Notes under the pieces: generated by a model
What the model was told of the DNA's origin: nothing
The model's database searches: none
The model's input: the letters and a program-made list of their open reading frames with translations, nothing else
Assembly: GCA_030704615.1 (NCBI GenBank)
Contig: CM060732.1
Span: forward strand, 63,054,001 to 63,118,000
Length of the DNA stretch: 64,000 nucleotides
Direction: 5' to 3'
Origin: Takakia lepidozioides
Lineage: Eukaryota > Plantae > Bryophyta
Translations under genes and position numbers: made by a program
In this document: piece after piece, positions 37,370-49,900 of the stretch
Layout: each line of letters starts with the position of its first letter
Position numbering within the stretch: position 1 is the first letter of the stretch

Positions 37370-38282
37370 GTTTGGATGGCAAAAACCAATAGTGCTTGTT
37401 GGCCATGGCTACGGAGGTTTGGCTGTCAAGAGCTTAGTGGTAACATACTGCAAGGACTGAAACCATGCCATGTGCGTACGAACTGGACAAGGAGGCTGCT
37501 GAGAATGCAAAAGCGTTCTTATCAAATCTCCGAGGCGTTGCATACTATGCTGTTCCCCATTCCGAAATGAACTTGGGAAGTTTCGGTGAATTGGAGCCCT
37601 CAAAAAATAATCAACCCGACCTGATTGAGCATTTATCGACAGAATTTGAGGGAGTTATTCGTAGACTTCAAATCCATGTCTTTGCTTTTGGAGAGGGCAA
37701 ACCAACACAAAAATGGGTATGTTCTCTGGAGTTTTTCATAATGACGAACCAAGAAATGTTGTGCTGCATAGTGTTGGTATTAATAAAACTTACTAAATGG
37801 ATAGGAACATGATGCAAAGGATTTAATGTTGGGTGTCAAGTAGTCCAGTATTTTAGGGTTAGCTAGGTGTACGTTCTCCTTCAACAATAACTAAGATTGG
37901 CGAGTTTTCCCCCTCTGAGAGGTTGAATTGCTTACTTTCCATCACATGTGGAGAACACAGACCTATGGTAATCCTCCCTGTACAAGCAACGATGCTGTGC
38001 AGACGAATCAGAAGCTGAATTGTGTCATCTATGGTCCAAGTGGTTTAGATATCTTGAAGGCTGCCTTTTCTGCGACAACTCTTTGAGGTTCAAGAAAGTG
38101 TTACTACCTCCAGTGGTTGAAAAGATGAATGTTCTATCTATGAGTCTGCCATAAGATTATCTGGCTATAACAACTACAGAGTGGAGGACTCGGATCATCT
38201 GGATATCACACGACCTCCTTCCAGAGAACATATCATATGTGACAAATTGTTGATGCTGCTGAAGATTTGCCAAAAACCAGTG
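37370..38282 (+). pseudogene. Remaining alpha/beta-hydrolase exons (37370-37716 and about 38121-38282)
   Basis: KPIVLVGHGYGGLAVKSLV, FLSNLRGVAYYAVPH, FAFGEGKPT, NNYRVEDSDHLDITRPPS. One frameshift near 37450 and an in-frame TGA at 38118-38120. Confidence 0.8.
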
Positions 38283-38630
38283 GTACGTCCTCATGTCAGT
38301 AGTGGATTTTTTATCTCCTTGCCATATTTGTCCCTCACTTATTTTATCATTAATGTGCGCCTGTACTCCGCCGATGTAATCTGGGTTTTGCAGTATAATG
38401 ATGACTAATGCGTAACACCTTCGCCTCAGCTCTAGGTTAGCAATATTTCCTTATGCTATCCTGCTGCAATCAATCTTGCAATCGGACCCTGAGACATGTG
38501 TCCTACACTTTCTCTTGTCAGCTGTAGATATGTGTAGACATGTGTAGACATGGTGTCTTGTAGATTGCGTTCTTAGCATATTTGCATATTGTGCCTTTGT
38601 TATTATTTTTATCTGGTCACTTGAGTGCAG

Positions 38631-40484
38631 GTGAACTTTGATCTTATGATCTCTCAACTTGAAGGAGGGTGCCCAGAGGAGTACAACACCATAACTGACC
38701 TGTTCCTCGAGGTATGAGTCAATGGATGACTACCATAAGTGTATTCAATTCACTAATCTTCACCTGAACCTGAAGCTTAACAGAGGAACCTATTAATCAT
38801 GAGTTTGTGTTGTGCAGCGCAACATGATCAGGGAGGCAATTGCTTTTCTTCTGGATGTTTTGAAGCCTAACCTTCTAGAGCATGCCATGCTTCAGACTAA
38901 GGTAGAGTCAGCTCTGACTCTCACAATGTCCAGTGCAGATGGACTTGCATGGTCTGTGTCTTCCTGTAACTTGTCTGTTGTTTACTAGTCCCCTCCACTT
39001 TACATAGCTACCTTGCACATACTTACCTGTAGACATGATCGACAAGGTCATGTCAATCCACTGGATAAGGTTTTTCCCTGTTAGTGCGGTTGACATGTGT
39101 AAATGAATGTTGTTGGTTATGCAGGTCTTGAAGATCAGTCTGGTCAACATAGCTGATTCAATTTTGGCAAATGCCATGTCCAGCCATCATGACTGTCCTC
39201 AAATTGCTGAGCTATGTTGGAAAGCTGGTCTTTACACATGCCCTTCAGGTCTATTTCTGCTTTTGCACTCTTGCAGTTCTCTGCTCATTGTACTTCAATC
39301 TGGTAATTTTGCTGGTGTGTCTTGACTCAGGTCCAGAATATACTTTCCATTAGGCCTGAGTGCACCTGCTCTTGAAGGAACAAGAAATATCCTGAATACA
39401 CTGACTGAAAGTGGAGCAGTGAATATTTTTTCCCCTCTTTTGTGTTCTAGCTTGGTCTCCAGATTAATTTTTGCAGTGTATCTGGATGTATACATCATAC
39501 TTGCCCTGGAGGTCAAACAGGCATTTTATGTCCATGCAAATAAAGTTTCTAATGATCCTTCCTTGTGCAGTTGAACCCAGAATATGCTCCTCTGGTGGTT
39601 GGGCGATTGCTGGATGATGGCCACCCTGAGGATTTCATCAAGGACCTTATCTTGTCTGTCTGCTCTTTACTGCCAGTGGAGGCACTGGTTGACGAGTGTG
39701 AGAAGAGGTCATAAATTGTCCCAGGGTGTCTTTATGTCATTATTAATCTGTTTGTTTGCTCCTAGCATGATGTCTATGTCACAGTCAACTCTCAGGTCAT
39801 GCGCAAGATGAAAATGTATGGAAAGAGGGCACATTACTGACCTGTTAAATGCATGTGGAAGCTGTTTGTTGTCTCAGGATTAACGGTTTGATGGCTCGGA
39901 CAGGAACCGGTTGAGATTGCTGACACAGGTCCTAGAGCATCTTGTGAGTGAAGGGAGCGAAGATGTGCATGCACATAATGCATTGGGGAAGATCATTGTC
40001 GATACAAACAAGGATCCAGAGTTCTTTCTGACCAGAAACTGCTACTATGACTCTAAGGTCATTGGTAAATATTGTGGGACAAAGGATTACACACTTGAAG
40101 TAATTGCATATAGACGTGGTCAATGTGATGCTGAGCTTGTTGATGTCACAAACAAGCACAAGCTCTTCAAGATTCAGGCCAGGTACATCCCAACTCTATC
40201 TCCTGTCATTTGTGATTTTGTCTTGTGTTATTTGCATGGTCTTAGAAATGATAAAGAAATTACCTGACTACATCTTGGTGGCGCTTCTTAGGTATGTGGT
40301 GGAGCGCATGGATCCTGACTTGTGGAAAAAGGTTCTGAACCCAGAGTATGCAGAATACAGGAAGCAGTTTACTCTTGAGGTGTTGTCTATTCTTCTACCA
40401 GAGAGCAAGAACCGAGAGCAGGTGTTAGCCCTGTTAGCCACTTTGAAGGCACACTTGCCCCATGAGTTAGTTGAGCTTTTATAG
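38631..40484 (+). pseudogene. Diverged clathrin heavy chain fragment, six exons (38631-38711, 38818-38901, 39125-39248, 39571-39707, 39904-40182, 40292-40484)
   Basis: [27 protein letters not shown] / [18 protein letters not shown] / [23 protein letters not shown] / [30 protein letters not shown] / YVVERMD...LPHELVELL* match plant clathrin heavy chain repeats; all introns are GT-AG. Confidence 0.9.
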
Positions 40485-40547
40485 TCAAGCATGTTCTTCA
40501 AAACTCTGCCTTGAGTGGGTAGTCACGTCTAAAATGATCTCTTTGCA

Positions 40548-41520
40548 CGCTGGTGGCATTCAACGACCATGGGGAGGAAGGTGGGGATCTCAAATGGAAA
40601 CGGGGGCGAAGAGGGCCCAGTGCTCCCTTCCTACACTGTCCCTCCCTTCTGAAGTCAAAAGGACCATGCTTCGCAATGTGATAAGGCCTGCTTTGGAGTG
40701 TGCATAAGCCGTGTGAGTTGACAACTCCAACCATGCCAAGTCCCTTGAATGCATCCAGGCTGGGGTGCTCTAAGAGTGTATGCTAGTGTGCTCCAGAACA
40801 GCTATGTGGCTGTTCAGGTGTAGTTTGGCATACCTTCTTTGAGCTCTCCAGGGGGTGAGTTCAAGGTCAGATGGTGGGTTCAGTCGAACAAAATGCCTAA
40901 CACCAGACACCCTAAGATAATCAACTCTATTCTCACTGATAAACAGTCGAAGTCCTGGCGGAAACAGGTAGAAGAGATTTTTAAGGATCTGGATATCAGC
41001 ACTCTAGACTTTTCTGCTAGATGACGGTGAGTTGGCAACTATTAGTATCCAAAGACTTGTAGGTTTCCCAAAGACTGTCCGATGAGAAAGAAGTTAGGGG
41101 TAAGACATCCCCGAACTTGTTTCCAGTCTGGGACATGGGTAATGATGTCCTTAAGGATGACCTGAAGGGCTTTCCTACTCTATGCATTAGACTGAAATCT
41201 AAATTAAGGACATGTGAACAGCAAACAGATGCAGTAACCTGAAGACAATATCCACTTCCTCATTCGTTGTCCACAGTACTCTAGCCAGAAAGGGACCCTT
41301 TTCGATTACATCAAAAACATGGAACTGGTATTTCTGTTCAACCACTTATAAAATCTTGAGGCTGAGCCTAAAGCCTTGGCCCTGTTGGGTGCTACTTTCT
41401 GGGCTACCCACACAGACAACTAGATGATATCTGTAAAACCTGGACTAACTCCTTATACGTTTATACCAGAGTGAGCTTTCACAAAGGTAGTTTCTGTTCC
41501 CTTTAGTTCTGCCAACCGGC
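40548..41520 (+). mobile_element. Old, degenerate copy of the RTE-X-like LINE 3' half
   Basis: Collinear with 1101-2270 (ggtggcattcaacga, RPALE, ttcaaggtcagatggtgggt, gaggctgagcc). Confidence 0.85.
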
Positions 41521-42849
41521 TTTGGTATTTCAACCTGATCCCAGATGTCTTCATTCTCCGAATCGAGGATACAAGTAATGTGGGAATCTTGGGGTCCAAG
41601 GGTGCCCTCTCAATGGAATCAGCTTTTTGAGGTTAATGGGCTCTCAAGTCAGCTTTCTAGACTCTTGCTGGCAGTAAAAATGAATGGCCTTGCAGAGCCT
41701 TGTACATCTGGTGTTTACACTATCTATGTTCGGGAGATATATGAAAGGATTGCACTAAAGCAGGTCATGCTGTAGGTTCCAGCCCCCTTTTGTTGTTGTG
41801 GGAGCCATTCATTCTACAGCTCATAAGATACTTTCGCACCGGCTGTTATTTGAGCCAAATATATTTGACCTTGCTACGGTGCCATTCGGATGGGGGAATA
41901 GATTTATCCTGAAATTTTGACATGGCAGTGGCGGGCAGTGGTAAAAACTGGGGCCAGCATTATCCCGGCTATTAAGAAAGTATTCGTTCCCATGCATGTC
42001 CCCACGAACTGTGTTCCCAATAATGTGGCCCTGATTATGCGCTGGATGTGGAGGAGGAGGGGAACGTATGGAGTTAGAGTTTTTGAATGCAGCGCTAACC
42101 GGCCTCTGGTTATTGGTATACTAGGCCCTCCCCACCCAAACCATGATCTAAGCCTTCCCCTATAAAAAATAGTGCAGCTGAATAGATTTACACATTGTAG
42201 ACGCACCCCTAAAGGACGAGAGCTTTTTTGCATTTTTTTAGAAAAACCCGACATGGCCTGACTCGGATGGATGTATGTTGCTGCCAAAGTTCATCCATGT
42301 GGATGAACCATACAATGTTGTAACTACATCATATAGGTGGTCAACAAATTTGAGGTCATTCCACAGTTGGACTGAGCAGATTATAATGTGAGAGTGACTC
42401 CCAATTTGTAGGCTCATACAAAAACTCATGGAAAAACTTGGTTTGACCACCAAGTTCTTCCATGTTCCAGTTTTGGTTCCCCTCCAATTTTTGACCAATT
42501 ATTGCCTTCCAAGTGGAGGACATTGTGTCCAAATTTTAGCATGTGATGACATGTTTTCATTAGTGCCCCTTTGTATGTAACTGTTTAGGGGTTCGTGTTG
42601 GCAAAAAATACAAGGTTTTTCTTTGGATGCAACTAACAGCCAAAATTTTGCATGAAATTGAAAATTTCAACCCCCTTTCTCAGAACCCTAAGCGATCATT
42701 GATCCACATCACCAAGTCAAGACTCTAACATCACACAAAATCTGCACTTTTATAAGACAGCTGTTTGTCCAGGAGACAGACAAACAGCTTACACAAGATG
42801 GTTTAATCCCCCTTGGGGCCTTGGGTGGAAGAAGAACTAATTATGTACA

Positions 42850-43848
42850 ATGCCACAATATCCGGAACAATCTGGTGATGGTGTTGGAATCAAGCTTCAT
42901 GCTAACTGTGGTGCATACATCAGACCTGCATTTGCTGTAACCGGATTGTTCTTGGGTGTACAGGAGTAAGCCATGGCGATTCCAGGTAGACTTTCACATG
43001 TTTTGTGGACCAAAAATGCCACAACTATCTAGGAGGGTTATCCAATGGGGAGTATGTCCCCAAAAGATACATTATAGCCAACATTTGAATGGACACACCG
43101 AGGCATCCTCTGCAGATCATCCCCGTTGGGTCACTAGACCACCTTCAGACTGGCGATTCACCTAGCCCTTGGCCTTCTCTCGCTGATCATGACGATGACA
43201 TAAACTGGCGCCACCGCAAGAGCAGGGACTCCAAAGCAAGGCCCACCTGAACTTTGAACCTCTTCGTCGCAAGCGCTAGAAGAGGCTCCCTTCACATTTG
43301 GGTCTTCTAGTGTTAACTTAGTATTCACAAAAGATCGCTTGCTTACCTTTTTCCATTGAATCAGCTTGTGATCTTCCTCGTCTGATTCAACGATAGCAGA
43401 ATCCTTTGTTTGGCCAATCAGCCTTTCTGGCCTGCTACCTTTAGTCCTCTGGAAATCACATTCTGCATATGTTTTCTCTTAAGTAGGATTCAGGCTTGCT
43501 GTCCCAAAAACAGTGAATCCCTCTGAGATTTAAAGCCTCCCCCTAGGAGGACAGGTCTGGGTGTTACCCGATCATTCGTTGATGTACTCGCCTTCTGGTT
43601 ATTTTTTTTCCATGTCTCTCTAATATGAACTACAGGGCCTCCGTCCCCTTTTATTAATAAATAAAGAAAACATTTGAAAACAGCAGTCAATGAGTACATT
43701 CTCTTTCCAACACCAGAAAGGTGTAAAACTTGGCTGACTCTGTAAATTCACTGGACGTTAAAGAAACTTTTTTTATCTGTGACACTAGCTTCACCATGTG
43801 TTCTCTTTATACCTCTTTCATCATTCAACTTGTCAAAGCTAATTCCTT
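42850..43848 (-). pseudogene. Inverted relic of the SDR exon end and following intron, with two later insertions
   Basis: Reverse complement matches about 3216-3570 of the SDR gene. Confidence 0.85.
43090..43668 (+). mobile_element. 579-bp insertion with A-rich 3' end and 10-bp TSD, probably a truncated non-LTR retroelement
   Basis: aacatttgaa at 43080-43089 and 43669-43678; the empty site is visible in the paralogous SDR intron at 3350-3359. Confidence 0.75.
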
Positions 43849-43955
43849 TCAATTTGAAACCCTTAATGTGGGGACATACTTTTGCATTAAAGACACAGCA
43901 TTAAGAACCACAATCACATGCAGTAATCCGTGTAGAATCGTTCTCATTGTCATCC

Positions 43956-46900
43956 TTATGCATTTGGATTGGTTGGCGATTCTTGGTCCTTCATGTAAGG
44001 TATGACACTGGAAAAAGACGAAAGTCGGACAGGGAGCCCATAATTTTGAAAAGTTGTAATTTCTCCCCCTAAACTAGCTGTAACTATGACCATGCCCCAC
44101 CCTGCAGACACCACAGGGTTATTCCCATGGCTACTCCTCTCGGCGTCCATGTGGTCACTCCCACTACTCTTTGGGGGCGCACCTTGAGGCAATCCAGACC
44201 CTGATGTGGACTGACTGCAAAAGGAAGGGAGCTTTTCTTCTGGTGAGGTGGCAGACTCTTTAGACCCATCCTTGGGTAGGAAGCTGGAGTGGCACTCTGG
44301 GTGGGGCAGGCGATCATTGCAGGTGCTCAAAGCAGGTGGACTAAGAAAGGGCTCTCCCCTTGCATCCGTTGGTGACGCTTTGGGCCTCCCACTCCGAGAT
44401 TCACCTTGCCCACTCTCTCCCTGCTTTACTGAGGTGACTCCATCCCTGTCACCCCTTTCTAGCTTCTTGCCTAATCCACACCGGCATGGAGATAGTCCAA
44501 AACATGATGTCGCTCTGGACCGAGACTGATATGTCTTGGAAGTAGATTCCGAAACTGGACTGGCAGCACGGTCTGCGTGGCTGTGGCCTTTCGAAGGCTC
44601 AACTGAGGCCCTTCCACTCCCTCCATGCCCTGACTCTGAGAAAGCATCAGTATTCTGGTTTGTTTCGCTTTGCCCTCTTGATGGCGAATGCACTCTATCA
44701 CTATAAACCCTAAACTCTGACCTGCCTGGAGTTTCCCTGACCAGCACTGAGGGTCTTGGCTGAGAGGCAACTCCAGGCCAGGTAATAGCCACTGAAACTT
44801 GTCGCGAGTAGAAATCTTCACATGATTGTTGCTTCTCTCTGTTATGCGCAGACTTTGTGGATGGAGCACTCGCGCTCCCATTCCTCCAGACACACACCCG
44901 TGAGTCTTCACTGGCACTGACAATGAAGTCTCCACTTGGGCTGAATGACGCCGAGCTATGGCTGTTAACATTTCGCAGACCTGCCATATAGTGTATATGT
45001 AAGCAAAGCAAGCCAGTAAAACAGGAGGGGTGAAGAGAAAGAAAGAAGTTGCTAGGTCCACCGGAGGTCAAGGGCCTAAATGACAGAGAAGAGAAACAGA
45101 ACCAAAGAGCTACAGAAGCAAGGATAGAGAGAGAAGAGAATGTAAGAAAGATAGTAAGGAACTTGAGATCGTCCATTGGGAGCTCAAAGAGCTCACTGAA
45201 CAAGGAACAGGAAGAGAACAGAATTTTGAAAGGCCGCTGGAATCTGAAAGATTCATGGGAGAGAGACATAGATGTAATCATAAAATGTACTTGATTCCCA
45301 TGAGAAGAGACGCCTGGGGCTTGTAACCATACACATCCTTATTTGGATGCCCGTTGTAATGCATGGGAATTGCCACAGCCTTCCATAACAAACAGCATGC
45401 CACCAATTACAAGATAATATTCCAGTATAGGCCGATCTGGAAGTGCTATCTGTGCGAATTGAAGATGATATATGCAGGCGATGATAAAGTAAAGATTTGC
45501 TACTGCAGGGTAGATTGTAAAGCATGCCAATGCAGAGAGTACTTTGTCACCAATGTTTGCATGCAATAGCCAGACCTTGCACCCAATTTGTCCAAAGGGA
45601 AGAAGAAAGAAAGAGACAAAAACGAACAAGAATTGTGGAAATAATTAACACCTTTGTACTTCGCAAATAAATTTAGTCCATCATATATCCGAACGCAAGA
45701 ATCATTTGATGTTACCAACACTTTACGGGCGTCACCTGGCATACACTGTCCACCACCAGACCATCAGTTGAGCTTGTTGATCCTCCTTTAACTAGCACAT
45801 AGCTTAACCATATATTTTGTCACTTCACAAACCAGTGAACCCTCCTGAGAGACTTCAGAGGCGGTAATCTCGACCATGGAAACCACCATAATTAAAGTCT
45901 TCTTCCCCCAGTATAGTGAACTATGTGGCTACTAGTCAACACTAGTAGTCCACACATACTTCTCACCATGACAGATCAAGACGTTTTGAGAAAATGGGTC
46001 AAGGAACTTGAGAGGTTGGTATAGTGGGTGTACATGAAGGCCAGTAATTTTCTTGCTGCAAGCCTTCTTGTTTCGATCACTCCGCACATGGATGTGTGCT
46101 TCCAGCTGCAGCCTGTTCCCTGTGGACAGGGATTCTGCACCATGTGACAGGATACATGGCTACAGAGCTACCTTCATGCAGTCATAAGAAGGTTAGATGG
46201 TAGATAACATCCAGGTTCGGGCACATGGCCATCTTACAAGTGGTCGTGGGTTCAAAGCCACATAGGTGTATGGATGTCACCCATTATAGCCGACCCAGCT
46301 ATAAAAGGGGGGTCCAGGGTCAACCGGTCACTTAATGTGTGGGTACCTAAGGGCTTTTGAGTCCTTGGGGGAGGTTTGGGCAACCGCGCTGCGCGGTTAT
46401 GGCTGTTAGAAGGTGTCCACCTTTCAAACGGAAGGCAGTAGCCCTTCGGGGTGAAGTGACACCATAAGTTACACCTGCTTCAGCAGGAGTCTTCCTCCTC
46501 TCTCGTAGATGGTGAACTTTTCCCCACTGACTGTCACCCTACGCTATTCATAAAACGAGGTCCCCGAGTCATGTGAAAGTCTCACAGAGCTATGACAGAT
46601 GAATGCACCATTTGCAAGATAATCTGGCATCCATTTGCAAGTGGTCCAATTCAAAGACAGCAGCAGGAGTGTATTTTTGCACCCATGTTCACCACAGAAA
46701 AAGGGGAATATAAGCTCATTCTCCTGAATAAAAGGAGATCAAAAGTGCAGTTTAAAATGTGGGTGATGTCTAAAGACAGTGTTCCCAACCTCCAATGTTG
46801 TAGAAACGGCAGATGCCCTTGTATGATCCCACCATCGCCCTCTGCTCAGCCAGCCCTAACAGCACACATGCCAATTAGAGTGAGTTTCTCACCAAGCGAA

Positions 46901-49900
46901 CAAATAAGTCTCAATCCCTCAATAGTGAAGAGGAAACCATTCAATTGACTAACTTCTACATCCAATGAACAGTTTGGTTTATCATCGCATCAGGATTCCC
47001 TTCCCTTCATACTGTAGAGCATTCAACATCTTAGGCCTCACTCGTAGTGAGAAACAAGAGAGTGAGAGGAGCGAAAGAGAAGTACCAAGACAGATAGACA
47101 GTTGGCTAGAGAAAAAGGCAAGCATGACACCTTGCCATCGGGAGTGTAGCATACAGCTGTTACCATCTCTCGCAAATCCCTCCAGTCCACAACTTGGTGG
47201 TCTGCAATGCTCCATAGCCGCACTTTGTCATCAAGTGCCCCACTCAGAAAATAGCGATTGTCGATTGGATTGAACGCTATGCTTGTCACTACTCCCAATT
47301 TCAACAGCCACAAGAATTGCACTAGATTTTTAGCCATGTCTTCAGGGAAACTACTAGACACACAAACCTCTCAGTTTTGATATTTTGATGCTTGAGATGG
47401 CTTGACTAATAACAGCTAAGATCCATTTGTGATGGAGGCACGTGGATGATGCTTAGGAGGGGGCTTTATTGCATTCGAGTACCTCCGCCTCAAGGCCATT
47501 CAGGAAAGCATTGGATAGGAGATGACATGGTTGTTCATTCTACTCGACATGTGGCGGTCTGATATAACCTCCCATATAAAAATAAGTCCGTTCCAGAACA
47601 TGTCTGTCGGAATTGACAATGTGGGTAGTATAAAAAGATTGCAATGTAAGATGCTGAAATAAGAGTTTCTGTGATGTAAGAAGCACTGGATTTCACAAAA
47701 AAGTTGTTACAGCCACTCTGAGCACGTGCCACAGCATGACATGGTTCTCTATTTCCAAAACACAGGTTCTTCCCACACACCGTGTAGTTTTAACTCAAAA
47801 TTCACTGTCAAGTGCAATGAAGACCTCTGGAGCTCACCGTAGTCATTATGCGAGAAAGTTCGCAAGCACTCCTCATACGAGATGTGCCACAAGCGCACAG
47901 TTTTGTCCATGGACGATGACAGTAGAAACTGCTCTCACATCCCCAATTATCACACATTAGCAGCTGGCTAGGGCATGCCAGACACAAATCAAGCCATGAT
48001 GATAACCGACATTACTGAAAGTTTGGCACAAAATAGCCCCAAGGAAAGGAGAAATGGCATTGTGTATGATGACAGTATTTTCAGTCGTATAGCTACCCTC
48101 TACTGCCGTCCACTAAATGCTGTGTGAGGTTTTCATTCAAGAGAAACAGGACTGTTGTCCAATCATGCAAAGAATGTCATAAGCTTTTGAGTAAGCTATA
48201 TGGCATTCCATCTTAAAGTTGCTACCTAGAGGGGAAAGTATTCACCTCCAGGATTGTAGCTACAAGACAAGGACATCTGTGGTGAAAGCACAGTCTTGTA
48301 GCTTCAGAGTACTATCTCCCCTCCATGCTTTTGCAGAAGAAAGGAGGCACAACCCTGAAGTTAAAACATGTCTCCCTTGCACGTTCTTTTCTTTCTTCAG
48401 TCCATTACCTGACTTTGAGACCATGATAAGTCCAACACATCTTCAGTATGGCCACAAAATGAGCACATTGCTTTTTCAGAGATCCAAAAAAGCTTGGGAA
48501 CTGGGGCCTCATTCTCCAGATTTTCTGACTGCCTTTTACGAAAGGAATGAATTCTGCGTCTCAACACGCTGCGCAATCCTGTCTCTGAGCTCCCCTTCTC
48601 TTGTGCAACCCTGCGGTCTCCAACACAGTTATCTGCATTCAGCACGCAATAATTGTGGTTTCCCAGTGAGAGGCATGGAAAATGTCTCAGTTGCACTCTT
48701 TCGTATTGTTCACCAACTTTGAAAATCTTGAGGCTGAGCCGAAAGCCCTGGCCCTGTTGGGGTCTAATTGCTGTGCAGCTCACACTCAGCAAGTTGATGC
48801 TTGTGTGAAGGGCTTATATATGGAAAACCCGAACTAATTGTCTTTATCATGGTAAATCACACTACTGGAGTGAGCCCTCGCAAAGGTAGTATCTGTTCCC
48901 TTTTGTTCCACCCAAACTGGGCACAGAGTCTATGGCCACAAGGCTACTGCAAGAGTCTTCTGAATACATTCTTTGGTATTCTTCCAGGATACACAACTGT
49001 CTATGCCTTTTTATGAAACTGAGGAACCCAAATGTCCATACCTCACTCAGTCACATCACCATCAATTCAGGCTCAATCTCTGATGGGTACAAATCTCACA
49101 ACCAGCTTTGAGAAGGTTGATGAGGTTTAGCCACATAGACTCAAAGGTACATCATTGCCCATTAGCAGACTTTACAAAGGACTCTTAATTAACTCCATGC
49201 TAGGTACTGCCCGTTTATGACAAACCACTGATTAAAATTATCGTGTCCCTGCTACACCTACCTGGATCGGTCCTCGACGGGTGATCAAGAACCTCCCAGA
49301 TATGCACCTTGCGGTCTTCACCGGCACTAGCGAGGTAGAGTCCATCAGGGCTGAATTTCATGGTCCAAATTGCACCCTGGTGAGCCTTGATTTCTTGTCC
49401 CATGTGGAGATCTGACAGCTCCTTGTAGCTCCTGTGGTGCACCCGCACTTTGATTCGCTGGGGCTGCTTCCGTGTAGGTATTGTATCAGAGTTTTCCTCA
49501 GTCACAGACCCCAAGCGCCAGACTCCCTTCAACGAGTCCTCTCTATCACGGCCTCGCATGAATGGACCTCTCAACCGGAGTCCCTTGGGTGAGCCCCATT
49601 TTGAAATGCCTCTCTTCAATGACCCCTCTACACCATCATCAGCATTTTGAGAGCCTTTATTACTGGGTGACTTTTCTCCAATTTCTGGTATGGTCCTGGA
49701 GTTGATATTGATAAGCAAACTGTCCTTCTTCAGGACGCCAGAACCAGCATTCAACTGGGGCCTATTGTCAGCGTGCCCACCTGCCTCTTCCTCTCGTGTC
49801 CTTACTTCTTTTTCAAGGTTTGGAAGTGTGAGCACCTTACCTGAGTCAGCGGCCCTACCTTCATCCCATGTGCTATCAATGCCCATCTTATTCACATCAA

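Noticed and set aside
42760-42790. 11-bp perfect hairpin agctgtttgtc...gacaaacagct
   Set aside because: Not followed by a Helitron CTRR end and has no other support.
45000-45294. Extra N-terminal part of the 441-aa minus ORF and the opposing 81-aa plus ORF
   Set aside because: Lies upstream of the clear splice acceptor at 44980; it is a purine/pyrimidine-biased intron that stays open by chance.
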